Positions 59,007-64,000 of a stretch of DNA of 64,000 bases are shown one piece after another. The first letter of the stretch is position 1; every line of letters begins with the position of its first letter. The stretch is from Bacteroidales bacterium (GTDB taxonomy: Bacteria > Bacteroidota > Bacteroidia > Bacteroidales > JAIOZK01), in assembly GCA_021738625.1 (NCBI GenBank), contig JAIPBS010000015.1:1-64000 (forward strand), in the 5' to 3' direction. Below the pieces are notes generated by a model. The model ran no database searches, was not told the origin of the DNA, and saw only the letters and a program-made list of their open reading frames with translations. The translations under genes and the position numbers were made by a program.

Positions 59007-60185
59007 ATGAAAAAATTAAACTTCAAATTTTTAGCGTTGCTTTTCGCAGCTTTTGCTATGTCATTAACTTTCGTTGCTTGTAATGATGACGACGATGATG
59101 ATCCGGATCCTGAGCCGCAAAATGAGTTTATAGTAAGCTCTAACATTTCGGAAAACACAACTTGGAAAACCGGCAAAACTTACATCCTGGGCAGTCGTAT
59201 TTCAGTATTGGACGGCGTTACCCTCACCATTCAGCCAGGCGTTATCGTGAAAGGCCAGGCAGGTACGGGAGCCAATGCTACCGCACTTCTTATTGCACGC
59301 GGTGGAAAACTCATGGCAGAAGGCACCGCATCAGAACCCATTATCTTCACATCGGTAGCTGACGAAATCGAACCAGGACAGATTGCCAGTCCCAACCTCG
59401 ATCCCGACCTCAACGGTCTCTGGGGTGGTTTGCTGGTACTTGGCAAAGCACCCATCAGTGCGGATGCTGAAGCTGTTCAGATTGAAGGTATTCCTCCTTC
59501 AGATCCCAACGGCCTTTACGGCGGAACCCAACCCGACGATAACTCAGGAGTTATTCGTTACATCTCCATTCGCCACGGTGGCGCCAATATTGGTGAGGGT
59601 AACGAAATCAACGGTTTGACACTGGGGGGTGTTGGTTCACAAACTGTTATCGAAAATATTGAGATCGTTTCCAATCAGGACGACGGTATTGAATGGTTTG
59701 GAGGCACTGTGAATGTTTACAATGCAATTGTATGGAACACAGGTGATGACGCCGTTGACACAGACCAGTCATGGGCAGGAACACTGGATAACTTCGTAGT
59801 TGTTAACCCCGGTGATGAATGCTTTGAGCTTGACGGTCCGGAAGGCACCATGGAAGCCGGTCAACTGATCAAAAACGGAACCGTATATGCAGGCGATGCT
59901 GAAGGTCTGGCCGATCTCGATGACAACTCCATCGTAGAAATGATGAATATTTATTTCTTCGGAATTGCCGAGGGACAGGATTTCGACTTGAATCCAGCAG
60001 GACTTGTTGCTGCCGATTTTCAGGCTACTCTTCCCGACGGGGCAGCAGTTGCTGACTATTTCAAGGATGGCACCGATGCTTATGTTACCCTGGTAGCTGA
60101 AGCACAGAACACCGTTGGAGCCGATCTCACCAAATTTCAGGGATGGTCATGGGCTTCCGTTTCCGGCGCTCTCAACAACTTCTAA
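59007..60185 (+). CDS. Hypothetical surface lipoprotein (beta-helix-like)
   Basis: Lipobox (TFVAC) followed by a poly-Asp linker (NDDDDDDPDPEPQ). Gly/Asp-rich repeats suggest a right-handed beta-helix. Confidence 0.5.
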   Translation: MKKLNFKFLALLFAAFAMSLTFVACNDDDDDDPDPEPQNEFIVSSNISENTTWKTGKTYILGSRISVLDGVTLTIQPGVIVKGQAGTGANATALLIARGGKLMAEGTASEPIIFTSVADEIEPGQIASPNLDPDLNGLWGGLLVLGKAPISADAEAVQIEGIPPSDPNGLYGGTQPDDNSGVIRYISIRHGGANIGEGNEINGLTLGGVGSQTVIENIEIVSNQDDGIEWFGGTVNVYNAIVWNTGDDAVDTDQSWAGTLDNFVVVNPGDECFELDGPEGTMEAGQLIKNGTVYAGDAEGLADLDDNSIVEMMNIYFFGIAEGQDFDLNPAGLVAADFQATLPDGAAVADYFKDGTDAYVTLVAEAQNTVGADLTKFQGWSWASVSGALNNF

Positions 60186-60229
60186 TAAAGTATTGATAAA
60201 GAAAATCATTAGTGTCTGGAAAATTTAAG

Positions 60230-60372
60230 AAGATTCCTCGCTCCGCTCGGAATGACAAGCTATTTAGAGGATACAGAGGAGTTGGGGGGTTGGATGGCGG
60301 CTCTGCCGCCATCCAACCCCCCAACTCCTCTTCCGACCCTTGACAAACTGTCATTCCGAAAGCGAGAAATCC
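60230..60372. repeat. REP-like nested inverted repeat with a perfect 25-bp palindrome
   Basis: Outer arms 'ttcctcgctccgctcggaatgacaag' and 'ctgtcattccgaaagcgagaaatc'. Core 'gaggagttggggggttggatggcgg ctctg ccgccatccaaccccccaactcctc' at 60276-60330. Confidence 0.75.
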
Positions 60373-60432
60373 CGTTGCGATTAATCGGACAGTAGTGACA
60401 TAAAATAAAATAAACAACTGAATCTAAAAAAA

Positions 60433-63324
60433 ATGCGCAATAAGGTATTCATTGGTTTGATATTGCTTGTGATGGCATCTTTGGCTCAGGCACAAAAAGG
60501 TCATATCAGGGGATTGATTTTCGACTCTAATACGGGAGATTATCTGCCCGGGGTTACTGTTTTGGTTGAAGGAACAAACACTGGTACAATTACCGATCTG
60601 GATGGCAACTTCAGCTTAGCCATCAAAGCGGGAACTTACAATCTGATTATTTCCTATATTTCATACAGCAGCATTACCATCAGTGATGTATTTGTTGAAG
60701 CAAATGAAGTTACATTGCTGGATGAAATCGGTTTGAGCGAGGCTACGTTTGAATTGAATGAAATTGTAATTTCGGCCCAGGCAGTGCGTAATACGGAAAC
60801 CGCCATGATCGCCATGAAGAAAAAATCGGCCAATGTGCTGGATGGCATATCTTCGTCAAGACTGAGAAAAATCGGCGACTCTGACGCGGCCTCATCGATG
60901 AGAAGGGTGCCTGGTGTTTCCGTGGAAGGAGGCAAGTACGTTTATGTGAGAGGGCTGGGTGACCGTTATACCAAAACCATGCTGAACGGGATTGATATTC
61001 CCGGACTTGATCCTGACAGAAACACACTGCAAATGGATATCTTCCCAACCAGTGTGGTTGACAACCTGATTGTGCATAAATCCTTCAGCGCCGATCTTCC
61101 GGCAGACTTTACAGGGGGTGTTATCGACATTGTTTCAAAGGATTTTCCTGCTGAGAAAAACGCAAGCATATCATTCAGCCTGGGTTACAATCCCAAAATG
61201 CACTTCAATTATAATTATTTGACCTACCAAGGCAGCAACACAGACTTTCTGGGATTCGACCATGGCGCACGCAAAATCCCGGCAACCTCCAATATTCCGT
61301 TCTTCTCGCAAGTAGTCGGTAATCCTTATGGAGAAAAAGGCCGGCGTTACCGGCAAATCCTGGAAAACTTCAATCCCATTATGGCCGCAGAAAGGCAGAT
61401 GAGCTTCATGGATTTCAGTATAGGTGCCAACTTCGGAAATCAATTCACCCGCAAGAAAACCACTTATGGATACAACATCGTCTTCTCCTATAAAAATGAT
61501 ACGGAATTTTATGAAGGCGCTGAGTTTGGGCGATACGGGCTCTCCGGCAATCCCGATATATATAAAATGGATGTAAGGGAGTTTCAAAAAGGCGATTATG
61601 GCATTAACAATGTTTTGCTTAGCGGTTTGGCCGGCTTTGCCATCAAAAAGATCAACTCCAAATATCGTTTGAACCTGCTGCACCTTCAAAATGGTGAGTC
61701 AAAGGCTGGTATTTTCGACTACCAGGGATCCGATCAGGGATCTATTTTTGACGGACTCCAGCACAACCTGGATTACAGCGAACGTTCATTATCCAATCTT
61801 TTATTAAGCGGTGAACACAATATGAAAGACGGCAAATGGAAACTCTTATGGAAATTGTCCCCTACCTATGCCAAAATGGAAGATCCGGATATCAGGTTTA
61901 CACGCTATGAAGATCGCGACGGAGACTACCATATCGGCACGGAAGTTGGGTTTCCGGAACGGATCTGGCGCGAGCTGGAAGAAGTTGATATAGCAGGAGC
62001 CGTTGATCTTACAAGAGAACTGGAACTTTTGGGAGAAAAAGCCCAAATTCAGTTTGGCGGCGCATACACCTATAAAAACCGCGATTATGTGATCCGAAGC
62101 TTTGCCCTGAACATCAGAGATGTGCCGCTTACAGGTAACCCGAACGAACTCTTCTTCCCTGAAAACCTTTGGCCGCTTGACGGTAACCCGGCAAGAGGCA
62201 CTACCTACGAGGCGCGATTTATTCCGACAAACCCCAATAAATTCGATGCCAACACCAACAATGCGGCAGCGTATATATCAACTGAAATGAACCCATTCAG
62301 AAATTTTAAAACCATCCTCGGTGTGCGTGTTGAGAACTACATCCAACGTTATACCGGCAGGGATCAGCTTGGAAATAACATACTGGATAACGATAAAGTG
62401 CTCGATGATGTTGATTTCTTTCCTGCCATAAACCTCATCTATAAGTTCACCGAAAAACAAAACATAAGGTTTTCCTATTCGAAAACAATTGCCCGCCCGT
62501 CTTTCAAGGAATTATCCTTTGCCGAGATTTACGATCCGATTACCGGACGTACATTTGTCGGTGGATTGTTCCCTGACAGAAATCCTGTCGGGAACATAGT
62601 TTACTGGGACGGAAACCTGATCAGCACAGACATTCACAATTACGACCTGCGCTGGGAATTGTTCGGTGAAACAGACCAGATGATCTCATTCAGCACTTTT
62701 TACAAAGAATTTATCAATCCTATCGAAATCGTTCAGTACGCAACGCTGGTTGGCGCATTTCAGCCGAGAAACGTGGGTGACGGCGAAGTTTACGGAGCAG
62801 AAACAGAAATCCGTTATAATTTAAAAAACCTGACTGAAGCCCTAACCAATTTCAGGATAGCACTTAATGTTACATTGACCAAATCACGCATAAAGCTCAG
62901 CAAAACCGAATATGATTCAAGGGTCGATAATGCCCGTACCGGACAAAAGGTGGATGAATACAGGGACATGGCTGGCCAGGCGCCATACATCATCAATGGG
63001 GGCGTCTCCTATGAAGGAGGACAGCATGGGTTCTGGGAAGAATTTGAAGCCGGTTTGTATTATAATGTTCAGGGGGAAACCTTGCTTTATGCAGGTATCG
63101 TAGACAGGCCGGATATCTATACCGTACCATTCCACAGCCTGAATTTTAATTTGAACAAAAGCTTTGGAAAAAACAAGAGGTACAGGGTAGGATTGAAAAT
63201 CGAAAACATTTTAAACGACAAAAAAGAATCCGTTTTCAAATCCTACAACAGCAGGGATGAATTTTTTGAAAGGCTTGATCCGGGCATCAAGTTTAAGCTC
63301 AGTTTCAGCTATTCGATATTCTAG
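60433..63324 (+). CDS. TonB-dependent receptor-like outer-membrane protein (CarboxypepD_reg N-domain + plug + barrel)
   Basis: Signal peptide, carboxypeptidase-regulatory-like domain (GLIFDSNTGDYLPGVTVLVEGTNTGTITDLDGNFSL), plug-like segment (YVYVRGLGDRYTKTMLNGIDIPG), a long barrel, and a terminal aromatic residue (…SFSYSIF). Confidence 0.65.
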   Translation: MRNKVFIGLILLVMASLAQAQKGHIRGLIFDSNTGDYLPGVTVLVEGTNTGTITDLDGNFSLAIKAGTYNLIISYISYSSITISDVFVEANEVTLLDEIGLSEATFELNEIVISAQAVRNTETAMIAMKKKSANVLDGISSSRLRKIGDSDAASSMRRVPGVSVEGGKYVYVRGLGDRYTKTMLNGIDIPGLDPDRNTLQMDIFPTSVVDNLIVHKSFSADLPADFTGGVIDIVSKDFPAEKNASISFSLGYNPKMHFNYNYLTYQGSNTDFLGFDHGARKIPATSNIPFFSQVVGNPYGEKGRRYRQILENFNPIMAAERQMSFMDFSIGANFGNQFTRKKTTYGYNIVFSYKNDTEFYEGAEFGRYGLSGNPDIYKMDVREFQKGDYGINNVLLSGLAGFAIKKINSKYRLNLLHLQNGESKAGIFDYQGSDQGSIFDGLQHNLDYSERSLSNLLLSGEHNMKDGKWKLLWKLSPTYAKMEDPDIRFTRYEDRDGDYHIGTEVGFPERIWRELEEVDIAGAVDLTRELELLGEKAQIQFGGAYTYKNRDYVIRSFALNIRDVPLTGNPNELFFPENLWPLDGNPARGTTYEARFIPTNPNKFDANTNNAAAYISTEMNPFRNFKTILGVRVENYIQRYTGRDQLGNNILDNDKVLDDVDFFPAINLIYKFTEKQNIRFSYSKTIARPSFKELSFAEIYDPITGRTFVGGLFPDRNPVGNIVYWDGNLISTDIHNYDLRWELFGETDQMISFSTFYKEFINPIEIVQYATLVGAFQPRNVGDGEVYGAETEIRYNLKNLTEALTNFRIALNVTLTKSRIKLSKTEYDSRVDNARTGQKVDEYRDMAGQAPYIINGGVSYEGGQHGFWEEFEAGLYYNVQGETLLYAGIVDRPDIYTVPFHSLNFNLNKSFGKNKRYRVGLKIENILNDKKESVFKSYNSRDEFFERLDPGIKFKLSFSYSIF

Positions 63325-63389
63325 TCAGAACAATTCATCAACCATAAGAAAGATTGTGAGATCAGGCCAAAACCCGTGCCTTTTAAAAG

Positions 63390-63960
63390 ACTTGAAATTG
63401 GGATTGATTGGTTGTATGAATGTATGATTGTATGGTGGGATTAGCCGAAATGCACAGTAATTAATTGTAATTGATGGTAATTTTTTTAGCTCTGCGTATG
63501 GCGGGCGCGGATTAGCATTGATTGGTATATGGATGCACGGGCGTGGGCCAGTGAACCGATCAATCGCCCACTGCGTTTTCTTCGATCAATCGACCTTCCA
63601 ATTGATCGGTTCACAGGCAAGCGTATGACAAAACCTTGATCATTGGACATCGGATATTGACAATTCAAATGTTCCAGAACTCACATCAGCAAAACAAGAG
63701 GCACGGATTACAAATCCCCGCAAGCCGGGGCCATCCGGGACCTGTATGCAATGGCGCTCCAAATTTCAACTTTCAATTTTCAAATTTCGAATATCCGGGT
63801 GAAAAATGCCAGGGAATCCCGTGCAAAGGCGGATTTACTCTCCTTCTCCTTACTCCCTACTCACCATTTACCACTTGTCAATGCTATTCAGACTTTGACA
63901 GCTCACCACTCACCACTCGCCACTCACTACTCACTACTCACTACTCACATCCTCTCCGGC
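63390..63960. repeat. Intergenic repeat-rich region at the window edge
   Basis: 'ggcgggcgcggattagcattgattgg' also occurs near the window start. Inverted repeat 'gtgaaccgatcaat...attgatcggttcac'. 'caatttcaactttcaattttcaaatttcgaa' and tandem 'cactca/ctactca' heptamers at about 63900-63950. Confidence 0.45.
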
Positions 63961-64000
63961 ACCTCAATTCCCAGCAACTGCATGGCTGATTTAACGATCC

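Noticed and set aside
59007-63324. Classifying the lipoprotein plus outer-membrane barrel pair as a SusC/SusD-type polysaccharide utilisation locus
   Set aside because: The gene order is reversed (lipoprotein first) and the lipoprotein shows no SusD/TPR-like helical character. It appears beta-helix-like, so a PUL call is not supported.
1-64000. CRISPR array, integrase or transposase, or prophage genes
   Set aside because: I looked for regular repeat-spacer periodicity and for recombinase or transposase motifs in all listed ORFs and found none. The repeats at the window edges are irregular and lack spacer structure.

Overview
This window looks like chromosomal DNA from a Bacteroidota bacterium. 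Evidence: T9SS C-terminal sorting domains on secreted proteins, LVIVD-repeat lipoproteins, a SusC/TonB-type outer-membrane barrel, PadR-PspC and TraB/GumN genes, and the GTCATTCCGAG...GAGGAATC-type intergenic element. I saw no transposase, integrase, CRISPR array or rRNA.

Genes I am confident of: ffh, folD, sucC, pepE, a LolD-like ABC ATPase, a fused E1 alpha/beta 2-oxoacid dehydrogenase, an SDR, a class V aminotransferase, a sodium:solute symporter, an S8 protease, and two tandem tRNA-Leu genes.

Two regions stand out. (1) A family-1 encapsulin shell gene is immediately preceded by an encapsulated ferritin-like cargo (EncFtn) with a C-terminal DLGIGKI targeting peptide. It sits in a small stress cluster (CsbD, Hsp20-like, SAM methyltransferase) next to a sigma-54 activator/hybrid kinase pair. 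(2) A roughly 19 kb co-directional, almost gap-free minus-strand array (35865..55108) of PAS/GAF-rich sensor kinases and response regulators. It includes a stand-alone CarH-type B12-binding photoreceptor domain (Wx9EH plus ExHxxG motifs) whose start overlaps the stop of a REC-PAS-HK-REC hybrid kinase, and a phytochrome-partner (Rcp1-like) single-domain response regulator. It also contains two kinase-less multi-PAS proteins that share a conserved C-terminal coiled-coil motif, cysteine-rich and CxxCH inserts in sensory modules, and an embedded pepE. I read this as a putative light- and redox-sensing phosphorelay island.

Other features of note: a 25-bp perfect palindrome nested in a REP-like inverted repeat, twin 13-bp palindromes at the 3' end of the encapsulin operon, repeat arrays at both window edges sharing a GGCGCGGATT motif, and a truncated YdeI-like ORF.

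All calls come from reading the translated ORFs and motifs by eye. I ran no database searches.
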